Part shown: piece after piece, positions 1-10,204 of the stretch
Position numbering within the stretch: the stretch's first letter is position 1
How the letters are laid out: the number at the start of each line of letters is the position of its first letter
Assembly (NCBI GenBank): GCA_965261395.1
Contig: OZ253462.1
Coordinates: 512,001-576,000 of the forward strand
Origin: Candidatus Latescibacterota bacterium
Lineage (GTDB): Bacteria; Latescibacterota; UBA2968; UBA8231
DNA length: 64,000 nt
Direction: 5' to 3'
Made by a program: the position numbers and the translations under genes
The notes under the pieces: generated by a model
What the model saw: the letters and a program-made list of their open reading frames with translations, nothing else
What the model was told of the DNA's origin: nothing
Database searches by the model: none

Positions 1-2
1 CA

Positions 3-755
3 TCTCCATCACAAAAGCATGAGCTTTCCATAAGCTCAGTTTTGGATGAGAATCCTGAGGATGCTCGGCCGCTCCCTAAACGCTTCGTATTGTACTTGAA
101 GGCATGGCAGCAATTCCTAGACCGCTTTCCCAAAAAAGAGGAGTTGCCATCCTTTCCCATTTGGGCGATGGAGTTTGGAGCTACCTATCCGTACATTAAC
201 AAGTCACCCGCTGGAGTAGGGTTCTCAAAAATAGGCTCATTCAAGGGCAGCTTTGGGGTCTCGCTTCGCGATATAAACGCAGAGAATATTCGTGCGGCGT
301 TGCCCGGATATGCCCGTGATTCGGCGCTTTGCTTTCCAAAGTGGAAGGTCGACTTCATACGGCAGAACCGAGCCTTTTACAAACGCCATAAGTCATGGAT
401 TAACAAATGGCTCCCCTCAATCCGTAGTTTTGACCCGAGCTTTCAAAAGTTTGAATGGAATTGCAAGGGAGAGGAACGGGACATCTGGAAGTACGTCATT
501 CAGTTTCGTGCTTCAGGCATTCGTGTTAAGCGTCCGACGACGGCTCCCTCCCTCGTCGCCATGACAACAAGCCAGGTGCCCGTTATTGGATGGGAATGTC
601 GGTATATGACAGTTCAGGAAAGTAGCCGCCTTCAAAGCATGGGGCACTTGCCGCATCTTCCGTCAACCCAGACGGCTGCATTCAAAGCTCTTGGGAATGC
701 GGTCAACGTTTATGTAGTGCGAAAGGTCGCTGAACAACTACTGATGAATGAATAG
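3..755 (+). CDS. DNA (cytosine-5)-methyltransferase, C-terminal part (5' truncated by window)
   Basis: Frame open from window start; C5-MTase motif IX ([12 protein letters not shown]) and motif X (ALGNAVNV) at the C-terminus. Confidence 0.85.
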   Translation, partial: SPSQKHELSISSVLDENPEDARPLPKRFVLYLKAWQQFLDRFPKKEELPSFPIWAMEFGATYPYINKSPAGVGFSKIGSFKGSFGVSLRDINAENIRAALPGYARDSALCFPKWKVDFIRQNRAFYKRHKSWINKWLPSIRSFDPSFQKFEWNCKGEERDIWKYVIQFRASGIRVKRPTTAPSLVAMTTSQVPVIGWECRYMTVQESSRLQSMGHLPHLPSTQTAAFKALGNAVNVYVVRKVAEQLLMNE

Positions 756-757
756 CT

Positions 758-1015
758 ATGGATATTTGTTTGGTGGCGATGCCGTACGCAAGTGTCGAAC
801 GACCTTCGATTGCGCTTGGCTTGCTGAAGGGGAAGCTAGGAGAGACGCAACTGGAAACCACGTGTCTCTACGCGAATCTGACCTTCGCCGAGAGAATCGG
901 CGCAGAAAACTATAACCTGCTCCAGTTTATAAAACCCAAAGATCTAGCCGGAGAGTGGACTTTTTGCGATGCTCTATTCGGGTCTAATCGGCCCGAAGAC
1001 GACTACCTCGATTGA
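758..1015 (+). pseudogene. N-terminal fragment of a RiPP-maturation B12-dependent radical SAM protein
   Basis: MDICLVAMPYASVERPSIALGLLK...YANLTFAERIG...LAGEWTF matches the N-terminus of this family; stops after 85 aa with no CxxxCxxC. Confidence 0.7.
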
Positions 1016-1220
1016 GTGCCACTTCCACCACTGCCGCACCTTCCACGGCTCGTACGGCAACAAGACCGACAACCCACGGCGCAGCTATATCATGCACCTC
1101 ATGCCCGGCTACACCCGTCGCCTAGGCGACAATTGGAACGAGCGCATGGGCAATGTCGAAACCGTGGGCGTGGGCGAAATTGTCGAGGGGCCGGACTACC
1201 CAGAGCTGATAGCCGTGTAA
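1014..1220 (+). pseudogene. C-terminal fragment of a PhyH-family dioxygenase
   Basis: ECHFHHCRTFHGSYGNKTDNPRRSY carries the distal His and 2OG-binding Arg region; the N-terminal HxD part is missing. Confidence 0.7.
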
Positions 1221-1228
1221 AAAGTTCC

Positions 1229-1951
1229 CTAGACAAAGGGAAAGGTGCCGTTGTACCCCCTAGGCCGCGACACGTGCCAGATACCCTCGTACATCGGCGT
1301 CATCTGGTAGTGGCATACCACATTGCTGCGCTCCATATCGTCGCGCTCTTTGGCCCCTTGGTGCGGTATGTGGCTCAGAAAGACGACGCAATCGCCCGCC
1401 TTGGGGTAGAGGACGACGTGCTTCTGGGCGTCACACCAAGCCTCGAATTTGGGGCGGTCCATGGGGTAGAGATGGGGAGGCTCCTGCAAATGGCCGTTTT
1501 CGACGTATTTGAGGTGGCCATCTCCCGGCCCGTTGTCCTGCAGGTAATAGGTCACATTGACCCCTACGGGCTGGGCCGCCAAGCGGTATTGCTCGACTTG
1601 GCGCTTTTCCTCCCAATAGCCGTAAAAATCCATGTGCCACTCTTGCAGGTAGGGTCCTGGATTGATGTGCGCTCGCAGGCTGCGTAGCTGGCATTGCTTC
1701 CCCATCATGCCCTCCAAATAAGGGCGCACGCTCGGATGGCTCACTAAGGGGACGAAGGTTTCAGGCTCGCGGTCCAAGAGCGAATCAAACCACATATTGC
1801 CCACGGCGTTCAAGCCTTCCTCCCAGCCCATCTTGCGCGCGTGGTCCACCCGCTGACGCACCAATTCCGTCTCTTGAGGACTCAAGGCCCCTTCGATCAA
1901 GACATAGCCGTCGCGCTCCAATTGATCCAGCTTATCCGCCATATCCTGCAT
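1229..1951 (-). CDS. Phytanoyl-CoA dioxygenase (PhyH) family protein
   Basis: RDGYVLIEGAL start, WHMD, KAGDCVVF..H.PH..., R motif. Confidence 0.85.
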   Translation of the reverse strand: MQDMADKLDQLERDGYVLIEGALSPQETELVRQRVDHARKMGWEEGLNAVGNMWFDSLLDREPETFVPLVSHPSVRPYLEGMMGKQCQLRSLRAHINPGPYLQEWHMDFYGYWEEKRQVEQYRLAAQPVGVNVTYYLQDNGPGDGHLKYVENGHLQEPPHLYPMDRPKFEAWCDAQKHVVLYPKAGDCVVFLSHIPHQGAKERDDMERSNVVCHYQMTPMYEGIWHVSRPRGYNGTFPFV

Positions 1952-2010
1952 TGTTTTTAGTCTCCTTTTCCAGATACTAAAGAACCGGCCTGCTCGTGCC
2001 CATCACTTTC

Positions 2011-2913
2011 TTAGCAGACGGTGGCGGTTTGCATGGCCGCAAGCAAGTCGGCCGGGCTCATCAGCACACCCAAAATGGAGTGCGCGCTACCCAGTGGTAT
2101 TTCCAGCCCCGTGGCGGTAGCCGTTATGCCGTCAAAGTCGCGCGTGGGGTGTACGGGGATCTTGCGATTGGGTCGATCGATGCTGAGCTGGGCATACAGG
2201 GTGATCCCCAAGGGGTTTTCCAAAATCACTTTATTAGGGTTCAGGTCGAGCCTAATCTTGCCCGTGGCTCCTGCGTCACTCGTCCTGAACCCGTCGAGGA
2301 AGAGACCGATCGGATAGCCCAGTGGACCGTCGAAGAGGTAGCCTCGCGTGGCGCTGTCCGGGAGCAGAAAATGGGTCACCAACTCCGCTTTGCAAAGGAG
2401 GCGTTGGTCTGGCACCGTCATGTCAAAATTGTCAAACGCCGGAGTCTTGAGATCGAGCTGTCGGCCAAGTGCGGTGCCGTAACCGTAAACACATCCAGTG
2501 AATGACTCGCCCCACAACTCCAGCTCGGTGGTCTCGCAATCGAGGTGATGACCCTTGTCGGCTAGCTGCGACGAGAACGAGTCGGTCAGGTCCTGCCTGT
2601 ACTGCTCGGGGTCGATCCCGTCATACCACTCGGCGCGGGGCTCGAGAACGCGGTCGTCACCGAGTTGTTGCCTAGCGTAGGCGAGGATTTCCCGCCCCCC
2701 GTCGAGCTGGGCGTAAATCGCATCCGGCTCCAGTTGACGGATCGCCGCGCGCCAACGTCGTTCGCACAGCAACTCGCGCTCGAGATAGATCCCGGCGTTC
2801 GTGTTGCGCAGGGTTTTCGGATCGGTGACGGCCAGGTCGCTGTAGAGCATTGAGTGAATCAGATAGACGATCTTTCTCACCTTCATTGGCGCACCCTCAC
2901 TGTCTTGACTCAA
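2011..2913 (-). CDS. Hypothetical protein
   Basis: 300-aa ORF co-oriented with its neighbours; no recognisable motif. Confidence 0.6.
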   Translation of the reverse strand: MSQDSEGAPMKVRKIVYLIHSMLYSDLAVTDPKTLRNTNAGIYLERELLCERRWRAAIRQLEPDAIYAQLDGGREILAYARQQLGDDRVLEPRAEWYDGIDPEQYRQDLTDSFSSQLADKGHHLDCETTELELWGESFTGCVYGYGTALGRQLDLKTPAFDNFDMTVPDQRLLCKAELVTHFLLPDSATRGYLFDGPLGYPIGLFLDGFRTSDAGATGKIRLDLNPNKVILENPLGITLYAQLSIDRPNRKIPVHPTRDFDGITATATGLEIPLGSAHSILGVLMSPADLLAAMQTATVC

Positions 2914-3016
2914 TTATCGCTAACACCGTCGCTTACCCTCTCTCACGCCCGCCAGAGTTTATTCGCCATGTTCCGCATTATTTCCAGTCTCCTTTTCCAG
3001 TGGGTCGGCACTATCC

Positions 3017-3472
3017 TCACTCGCTTCGACGGTGGATTGGTTGAGGGGGGGTTGAGGCGTCTTCCCAAGGGTTGGTGACGTCCACGTCTAGGTCTGCGAA
3101 GTCCCCGACGTTCCGCGTCGCAACAGAGAGGCCATGAACTTTGGCTGTCCCGGCGACCAGCGCATCCCCCAAGTCCAGCACGCGACCGGAGCGATGCGCC
3201 TGCGCCCGGAATTGGGCAGCCCGCTCTGCCCCCGTCCTCTCCAAGGGCAGGATGCGGTCCTCATACGCCGAAATGAACTCTGACAGCACCGACCGCAACC
3301 CGTCGCGACGTGGTCCCGGCGGCAGCAGTTGCAAGCCAAACTCCAGCTCATGCAACACTATCGCGGATAACCACAAGTCGTCTTGTTCGGTCAGGAATGC
3401 GAGAACCCGCGGATTTGGCGCGTCTTTTGTCAACTCCGAGACCACATTGGTGTCTAGAAGAAACCCGCTCAC
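3017..3472 (-). CDS. vapC: VapC PIN-domain toxin
   Basis: FLLDTNVVSE...ELEFG...DALVAGTA...ATRN..DF PIN motifs. Confidence 0.92.
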   Translation of the reverse strand: MSGFLLDTNVVSELTKDAPNPRVLAFLTEQDDLWLSAIVLHELEFGLQLLPPGPRRDGLRSVLSEFISAYEDRILPLERTGAERAAQFRAQAHRSGRVLDLGDALVAGTAKVHGLSVATRNVGDFADLDVDVTNPWEDASTPPQPIHRRSE

Positions 3473-3753
3473 CCTGTGTCTTCAGACGCGAATGGGATTT
3501 CCCGCCGGGATTCTCTATTTCTGGTGATCTCGAGGTTCGCGCCACGGGGCATGTTGGCTACCAACCACTGGCCCATGGGTTGGCGCTGCGACTCTTTCTC
3601 GGCCCATACGTGGGCGGGGACTACAACGAAGGACTTTCGCATGCCGATATGTTGAGGCCCTTCCTCTTCGGCGCGACGCAGGACTTCGGACAAACGCGCC
3701 TTGGCCTCGGCGACGGTCCAAACGCGGTGGGATTCTGAGTGTCGGGCGGTCAT
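3469..3753 (-). CDS. Phd/YefM-type antitoxin
   Basis: WTVAEAKARLSEVLRRAEEEGPQHI; 4-nt overlap with vapC; GGAGGA RBS before ATG 3753. Confidence 0.88.
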   Translation of the reverse strand: MTARHSESHRVWTVAEAKARLSEVLRRAEEEGPQHIGMRKSFVVVPAHVWAEKESQRQPMGQWLVANMPRGANLEITRNRESRREIPFASEDTG

Positions 3754-3840
3754 AGCTCCTCCAGCTAGGTTGTCGTTATAGTCCAATATAGACTAGCTTG
3801 GCCGCCGCATCAATGGATGAAGTTGAGCTTTTCCCCTAGG

Positions 3841-5241
3841 TCAGAGAAGCGGGCGCTCGTGGCTCCAAGGGGCGAGTTGCTCGAAGGCGCGGGCGGCGCG
3901 CAACACGGTGCGATCCTGCCGCCAGCCGCCGATGATCTGCAGGCCCACGGGCAGGCCATCGACGCGGCCGCAGGGCACGCTGGCAGCGGGCAGGCCGGTG
4001 AGATTCACCGGGTAGGTGAAGGCCGTCCAGCTCAGGTAGGTGGTGGCGCGGCCGGCGATCGAACCGGGGTGGTCGTCGCCAGCGGCAAAGGCGGTGACCG
4101 GCAGCGTCGGCGTCAGCAGCAGGTCGTAGCGCTCGTAGAACTCCCGCCATTGGTGGTAGTACGCGTTGCGCTCTATATAAGCATTGGCCACGTCCGTCCC
4201 ACGAAACTCGAACCCCTCTTCGACGACGGCGCGCAGGCCCGGATCGAGGCGATCGGCGATCTGGTCGAACTGGTCGCGGAAGGAAGCGGCGAAAGCCGTT
4301 GACCACAGGACGTGGATGAGACGCCACGGATCTTCGCCGGCCGGGTGCGCCTCCTCGATGGTGCAACCGAGATCCGCGAAGCGACGGGCCGCCGCTTGTG
4401 CAGTCTCAACGACCTGAGCATCGACGGCCGCGTACCCTAGGTCGGGCGACCAAGCCACGCGTAGCCCATCCACGCCAGCCTCGATCTCATCAAGCGCCAA
4501 CGGTTCGGCTGGCATCGAGGTGCGATCCCGCGCATCGGGACCGGCCATGACCTCAAGCATCCGCACGGCGTCGCCGACGGTGCGGGTGATCGGCCCAGCG
4601 TGGGACAGGGTCTCCACCACGCTGGCCGGGTACTGAGGCACTCGTCCCCAGGAGGGTTTGAAGCCAAAGGCACCCGAGAAGCCAGCCGGGATGCGGATCG
4701 AGCCAGCACCGTCCGTGCCCTGGGCCAGCACGCCCATGCCAGCGACCACGGCCGCCGCGGCTCCGCCGCTAGAGCCGCCCGGCGTGCGTCCGTGCCGCCA
4801 AGGGTTGTGGGTTGGTCCAACGACGCGATTGCCCGAATCTCCCTTCCAGCCGATCTCCGGCGTATTCGTCTTGCCGAGCAACACCATGCCGGCATCGCGT
4901 AGACGTTCGACAAGGGGCGCGTCAAAGTCCGGGACCCAGTCGGCGGTCAGCAGCGACCCCCGGGTGGTGCGGATCCCACGCGTCGCCGTCAGATCTTTCA
5001 GCGAACCGGGTATGCCGGCTAGGGGAGGCGGATCTTCGGCACCGGCAAAGGCGGCTTCGGCGGCGCGTGCCTCGGCCAAGGCCCGCTCCGGCGTGACCGT
5101 GACGAAGGCGTTGAGCCTTGGGTCGAGCGCTTCGATTCGGCGCAGCACCGCCTCGGTGACCTCCACCGGGGACAGCTCGCGGCGCTCGTACAGGCGGCGC
5201 AGTTCAACGCCAGAGAGATAGCACAGCTCGGTATCGTTCAT
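3841..5241 (-). CDS. Amidase signature family enzyme
   Basis: SLKD, GKTNTPE, PGGSSGG, GTDGAGSIRIPA catalytic motifs. Confidence 0.95.
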   Translation of the reverse strand: MNDTELCYLSGVELRRLYERRELSPVEVTEAVLRRIEALDPRLNAFVTVTPERALAEARAAEAAFAGAEDPPPLAGIPGSLKDLTATRGIRTTRGSLLTADWVPDFDAPLVERLRDAGMVLLGKTNTPEIGWKGDSGNRVVGPTHNPWRHGRTPGGSSGGAAAAVVAGMGVLAQGTDGAGSIRIPAGFSGAFGFKPSWGRVPQYPASVVETLSHAGPITRTVGDAVRMLEVMAGPDARDRTSMPAEPLALDEIEAGVDGLRVAWSPDLGYAAVDAQVVETAQAAARRFADLGCTIEEAHPAGEDPWRLIHVLWSTAFAASFRDQFDQIADRLDPGLRAVVEEGFEFRGTDVANAYIERNAYYHQWREFYERYDLLLTPTLPVTAFAAGDDHPGSIAGRATTYLSWTAFTYPVNLTGLPAASVPCGRVDGLPVGLQIIGGWRQDRTVLRAARAFEQLAPWSHERPLL

Positions 5242-6227
5242 GCTTCAAGCACCACTTCTCTGCCGAGGCGGGACGACTCCATGCACGCCGTCAGGACCGC
5301 CACCAGATGGCGGGCGTATTCAGTCGTCACCGGTGGCTCCGTTCCCGCGTCAATCGCCTCGACGAACGCGCCCAACTGCCGCGTCGTGGTGTCGTGATTC
5401 TCGGCTACCTCGACCTGTTCCCAGTCCCCGTCCCGGCCGATAAAAAGATCGTCCCTTCTCGATTCGATCCCCTTGCGCAGTTGGATCATGCCGTCCGTGC
5501 AGACGAATTCCGTGCTGTAACGCCGCCCGCCCGTCCTCCACCACACGTGAATCAGGGTCGAGTACACGCCGTTGTCGAATTGCAAAAGCGCCATGGCCAC
5601 GTCGTCCGCTGAGAATTCGAAGAAACGGCTGTCGATCAAAGCCTTGACGGCGACGACGAGACTGCCCGTCCACCAGCAGGATCGATCAATCAGGTGGATG
5701 CCATTCTGATACCACACGCCCCCGTGCGTCGCCTTGTCGAGGTACCAAGCCGGCCTGTTGGGGCCGAAGGGGCGGTAGGCTTCGTCACAGAGACAAACCA
5801 AGTCTCCCACGGCCTGCTCGCGCAGCAGCTTCTTCACGGCCCGGTTCGTTGGCGAGAAGCGGTGCATGTGGCCGACGGAGAGCTGTTTGCCTGCTCGCCG
5901 CGCGGCCGCGATCATGGCGTCACATTGCTCCACGTTGACGGCCATCGGTTTTTCCACCAGCACGTGTTTGTCGGCCTCCAAGGCGGCTACGGTCCCTTCG
6001 CAGTGCAGGCCGTGGGGCAAGCAGACGATGACGAGGTCAACCCGCTCGTCCGCGAGCAGATCCTCATAGGAGGAGTAGCCTTGGCAACCGTGCTCCGCGC
6101 AGACGCGGGCCAAGCGTTCCGCGTCGGTGTCGGCGACCGCCCGCAAGTGCGTAGATTCAAGGGCCGCCACCGCTCGCAGATGTCCCCTAGAGACGCTGCC
6201 AGCACCGATGATTCCAACTCCGTGCAT
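5238..6227 (-). CDS. Gfo/Idh/MocA oxidoreductase
   Basis: GIIGAG Rossmann motif, KHVLVEKP, GIHLID. Confidence 0.93.
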   Translation of the reverse strand: MHGVGIIGAGSVSRGHLRAVAALESTHLRAVADTDAERLARVCAEHGCQGYSSYEDLLADERVDLVIVCLPHGLHCEGTVAALEADKHVLVEKPMAVNVEQCDAMIAAARRAGKQLSVGHMHRFSPTNRAVKKLLREQAVGDLVCLCDEAYRPFGPNRPAWYLDKATHGGVWYQNGIHLIDRSCWWTGSLVVAVKALIDSRFFEFSADDVAMALLQFDNGVYSTLIHVWWRTGGRRYSTEFVCTDGMIQLRKGIESRRDDLFIGRDGDWEQVEVAENHDTTTRQLGAFVEAIDAGTEPPVTTEYARHLVAVLTACMESSRLGREVVLEA

Positions 6228-6325
6228 CTCATCCTCGATTCAGAAGGATAGGAAGTTAAACGGGCCTTTGAACCTTGGTCAACTCCGCTGGGCGGGCTTC
6301 TTGCCCAGACCAAGAGATGGGGGCT

Positions 6326-7267
6326 CTACGGTTTCTGAGCCCCGTTCGTCTCGACGTACACCGAAAACAGCGACTGCGAACAGGTTATGAACAGCCTGTT
6401 TTTCTTAGCACCGCCAAAGCAGAGGTTAGCGCAGGGTGCTGGCAGGTGGATCTTGCCGATCAAGGTGCCGTCGGGGGCAAAACAATGCACGCCGTCGTAG
6501 CCCTCGCCCGCCCAGCAGGCCCCCGACCACAGGTTGCCATCCACGTCGGTGCGGATACCATCCGACGAGCCAGGCCCCATGTCAGCGAAGACGCGCCCGT
6601 TTGTAATGCGGTCGCCATGGACGTCGAAAACGCGGATGTGAGTGGGGTATTCGGGGCCGTCGGAGCGCCCGGTATCGACGATGTAGAGCAATGACTCATC
6701 CGGGCTGAAGCAGAGGCCGTTGGGCCGCTGGAAGTCGCCTGCCACCACCGTTGCTTGCCCAGTGTCCGGATCGAGACGGTACACGTTGGCGACATTCTCA
6801 AACTTATCCCGATGCCCCTCGTAGTCCATCAGAATGCCGTACCCGGGGTCCGTAAACCAGATCGATCCATCCGACTTCACCACGATGTCGTTGGGGGCAT
6901 TCAACGGCTTGCCCTCGAACTGGTCCATCAACACGGTGATTGAACCGTCGTATTCCGTCCGGGTGACGCGGCGCGCGTCGTGTTCGCATGACAGCAATCG
7001 TCCCTCGCGGTCGCGCGTGTTGCCGTTGGTGTTGTTGGATGGCTTGCGGAAGACCGAGACGGCCCCGGTCTCTTCTTCCCACTTGAGAATGCGGTTGTTG
7101 GGGATGTCGCTAAACAGTAGATAGCGGCCGTCGCCAAACCACACGGGGCCTTCAAGCCAGCGCCCACCGGTCCAGATCATTTCGAGGGCGGCATTGGCCA
7201 GCTTGTACTTGGCGAAGCGCTCGTCTAGCACCTCAAGGCGGCGGTCTGGATACCTCACAAGTTCCAT
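6326..7267 (-). CDS. SMP-30/gluconolactonase family protein
   Basis: EGPVWF, LNAPND, FTDP, PNGLCFSPDE, DGIRTDVDGNLW. Confidence 0.95.
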   Translation of the reverse strand: MELVRYPDRRLEVLDERFAKYKLANAALEMIWTGGRWLEGPVWFGDGRYLLFSDIPNNRILKWEEETGAVSVFRKPSNNTNGNTRDREGRLLSCEHDARRVTRTEYDGSITVLMDQFEGKPLNAPNDIVVKSDGSIWFTDPGYGILMDYEGHRDKFENVANVYRLDPDTGQATVVAGDFQRPNGLCFSPDESLLYIVDTGRSDGPEYPTHIRVFDVHGDRITNGRVFADMGPGSSDGIRTDVDGNLWSGACWAGEGYDGVHCFAPDGTLIGKIHLPAPCANLCFGGAKKNRLFITCSQSLFSVYVETNGAQKP

Positions 7268-7296
7268 ATCATCTTCCTGATTAAAATTAGTAGTCC

Positions 7297-8145
7297 CTAA
7301 ACGCGGCGGAATTTCTGCACCCTATCGTGCAGGGTAGCTACTTCACCGATGTACAGCGAGCCTTCCTCGTCCACCCAAATGCTGTGCGGGGAGTCGGCGA
7401 ATTGACCCGGGGCCGAGCCGTCCTCGCCCCAGCGAGCCAGCAGGTGCCCTTCTAGGTCGAAGATGCTGACGCGCGACGGGGCTTCGACTATGTACACTGT
7501 ATCGTCCGGGGTGATGAAGAGATCCATGGGCATTACCAAGTCGGTCCATTCGTCCAAGTAGCGGCCCCCGGAGTCAAAGCGCTGGATGCGGTTGTTTTCG
7601 CGGTCAACGGCCCAGACCCGCTCGTCGCGGTCAACCCACAGGCTGTGGGGCAGGGCGAATTGACCCGGACCAGTGCCCCCGGATCCCCACGAATGGAGCA
7701 GTTCTCCCGCAGCCGAAAAGCGGTGGATGCGAAACTGGCCGTACCCATCGGCCACGTACAAATCCCCAGAAGGGCCGCGCATGGCTTTAGTGGGCTGGTT
7801 AAAGGGCTGATCGGGTGCGCCCGGCACGCCCGGCGTACCCCAAGTATGGACCACTTCCCCCTGCGGATTGAAGCAGCGGATGGTGTGGGTGTCGGTGTCG
7901 GCCGCGTACACTTGGTCCTCGCCGTCAACCCACAGGAGGTGGGGGTTCCCTAGCAGATCGGCTCCCCAAGTGTCGAGATAAGTCCCGTCGCGGTCATAGA
8001 CCAGCAGGGCAGGGGGATGACGGCGAGCCACAAAGACCCGGCCCTGGCTATCGGCAGCCACTCCGGGCACCACGCCGCCCATGGGGCGGCCTTGGGGCCC
8101 TAGGCCCCAGTGTTCGACGACTTCGTAATTATAGGTAGCGCTCAT
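7297..8145 (-). CDS. NHL-repeat beta-propeller (peptidyl-alpha-hydroxyglycine lyase-like)
   Basis: Repeated G..PGQF..PH, YVADGYG, DRENNRIQ. Confidence 0.88.
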   Translation of the reverse strand: MSATYNYEVVEHWGLGPQGRPMGGVVPGVAADSQGRVFVARRHPPALLVYDRDGTYLDTWGADLLGNPHLLWVDGEDQVYAADTDTHTIRCFNPQGEVVHTWGTPGVPGAPDQPFNQPTKAMRGPSGDLYVADGYGQFRIHRFSAAGELLHSWGSGGTGPGQFALPHSLWVDRDERVWAVDRENNRIQRFDSGGRYLDEWTDLVMPMDLFITPDDTVYIVEAPSRVSIFDLEGHLLARWGEDGSAPGQFADSPHSIWVDEEGSLYIGEVATLHDRVQKFRRV

Positions 8146-8269
8146 GGCATTCCTCGCGGTTAGGGGAAAATATCAATGTATATTGGTAATACGGACAGCG
8201 GCCTGCAATAGGCACGGAGCAGCTTTGACTGTATAATCCAAGCGGAAATAAAAACGCGGAGGAGGGAGC

Positions 8270-9076
8270 ATGAAACTAACAGACGATCATTTGCAGACTT
8301 TTGTAGAACAGGGCTTCGTGGCCGTAGAGAATTTCTATCCAGAACAACGCCGGGCCCAGATCGCCGCGGCCATCCGCCGGACCCTCCTCCCTTGGGAAGC
8401 ACTCGCCGACGACCCGCCCGCAGATCGGCTCCTGAGGGACGACTTTCCCTACGCCGATACGTTCTTCAATGAATTCATCATCGACTGGGACCTCATCGAG
8501 TTCGTCCAGCGGGTACTCGACACCGAGGACATCCACTTTCGCTATGCCCACAACTGGGCGCGCTACCCCGACCCCGGGGCCGAGCAGCCGGGCCTGCACA
8601 TCGACAATGGCAACAACTCGCTCCTGCCCCCCACATCCGATCGGCGCTACGGGCAGATCAGCACCTGGTACTTTCCCGAAGCTGTGGACGAAAACCAAGC
8701 GCCGATGCAGATCGTGCCCAAGCCCTATGGCCAGGATCTGAGCAAGCGGGTTTTGCTGACGGTGCCGGCAGGCACGATCATGATCTTCAACACCCATCTC
8801 TGGCACTCGGCGACCGTGTTCAAGGGCTGCGCGGGGCAGCGCTATTCCGCCACCCGGATCTACGGTCGCGCCGATCACTACTGGGAGGGCGTGAGCAGCT
8901 TTACCAACCTAGGGATGAACGAGCACTTCAGGGCTTTTATCGGCCGGCTTTCGGCGCGCGAACGAGCACTTTTCCGCTTTCCGCCCGCCGGCCACGAATA
9001 CTACACCCAAGAGACGCTAGCCCGCCTCGAAGAGCAGTATCCGGGCTGGAATGCGCGCGGAGAGTACAACTTATGA
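8270..9076 (+). CDS. PhyH-family dioxygenase
   Basis: F.EQGFV, LHID, PAGTIMIFN..LWHSA, R. Confidence 0.85.
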   Translation: MKLTDDHLQTFVEQGFVAVENFYPEQRRAQIAAAIRRTLLPWEALADDPPADRLLRDDFPYADTFFNEFIIDWDLIEFVQRVLDTEDIHFRYAHNWARYPDPGAEQPGLHIDNGNNSLLPPTSDRRYGQISTWYFPEAVDENQAPMQIVPKPYGQDLSKRVLLTVPAGTIMIFNTHLWHSATVFKGCAGQRYSATRIYGRADHYWEGVSSFTNLGMNEHFRAFIGRLSARERALFRFPPAGHEYYTQETLARLEEQYPGWNARGEYNL

Positions 9077-10143
9077 ACGACGAAAGATCCGATTTTCCCA
9101 CCGCGGATATCACCGCACTGCGCACCGTAGTCCGCGACGGCTGGTACAACGCCTTTACGGATCTGGCCCTGTGGAAGGATATGTACTGGCTGTGCTACCG
9201 GCGGGGCACCGACCACGTTGCCGGCAACAGTGTTGAGGTCGTCCTCCGCTCTAACGATCTGCGGCGGTGGCGTCCGGTGATCGACTTTGAATCGCCCGCT
9301 GGCGTCGCCGATGGCTGCGCGGCCGCAGACGGGCACTTTTGCACCACGCCAGACCGGTTGTATCTCTTCATTGGCACGCGCAACCCGATCCATTCCTATG
9401 TCTCTTGGACCGACGACGGCGTCCACTGGTCTCGGCCCGCACTGCTCGCCCTCGGCGACGATCATCCCTACACTTGGCGGGTCCGCTGGCGCGAGGGGCT
9501 ATTCTACTCGGCCATTTGCCACCTCCACCACGAGGAGCGGCCCTTTGAGTTGATCGTCAGCGAGGACGGGGTCCACTGGACCCGACGGGCCGAAATTGTC
9601 ACCCGCGCCGAACTGCCGGAGTTCACTGAAGAGTCGGAACTCTACTGGCGGCCCGATGGCGAATTGTGGTGCATAGTCCGCGCCAACAACGCCTCAATGT
9701 ACTGGTCTCAACCCCCCTATACGTCCTGGGAAGGGAACGACTTGCAGGTCAAATGCGACGCCCCGGTAATTTGCCGAACCGCCGGCAGGGAGTACCTGGC
9801 CGGCCGCGTCCGCCTTCCCAGCGCAGGGTCCAGCGACTATCCAACCCAGTTCCAAGGCGGCGAGTGGGGAGGAGTCGGCAACGGCACCACGGGCCTCTAC
9901 TACCTCACCAAAGGCAAGGCCGAACTGATCCGCTACTTCCCGCAGGGTGGCGACGCCTCTTATCCCGGTCTGGTCTCCCCCGAGCCCGGCAAGTTGGTGA
10001 TCTCGTTTTATTCCGATGTCGCCTATTGGACGGGTATGGTCAAGCCCCGGCATTTTGCCGAGTTCCGCTACAAATCCTCGGAAAGCGATATCTACTTGGC
10101 CGAAATCGAGGTACCTACTACCCGCCCCCAAACCCGTAAGTAA
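9073..10143 (+). CDS. Sialidase-like/BNR beta-propeller protein
   Basis: NAFTDL, Asp-box-like TDDGVHW and SEDGVHW, GDASYPG. Confidence 0.7.
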   Translation: MNDERSDFPTADITALRTVVRDGWYNAFTDLALWKDMYWLCYRRGTDHVAGNSVEVVLRSNDLRRWRPVIDFESPAGVADGCAAADGHFCTTPDRLYLFIGTRNPIHSYVSWTDDGVHWSRPALLALGDDHPYTWRVRWREGLFYSAICHLHHEERPFELIVSEDGVHWTRRAEIVTRAELPEFTEESELYWRPDGELWCIVRANNASMYWSQPPYTSWEGNDLQVKCDAPVICRTAGREYLAGRVRLPSAGSSDYPTQFQGGEWGGVGNGTTGLYYLTKGKAELIRYFPQGGDASYPGLVSPEPGKLVISFYSDVAYWTGMVKPRHFAEFRYKSSESDIYLAEIEVPTTRPQTRK

Positions 10144-10204
10144 CCGCCAGCTTGAACCGCCGGCCTTTGGGATTGTGCGTCAAGCCGTCGACGCCAGTGC
10201 TTCG

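Noticed and set aside
1013-1687. Read-through of the TGA at 1013-1015 into in-frame ORF 1016..1687
   Set aside because: The downstream translation is off-frame or antisense shadow sequence with no rSAM motif and no obvious SECIS-like stem.
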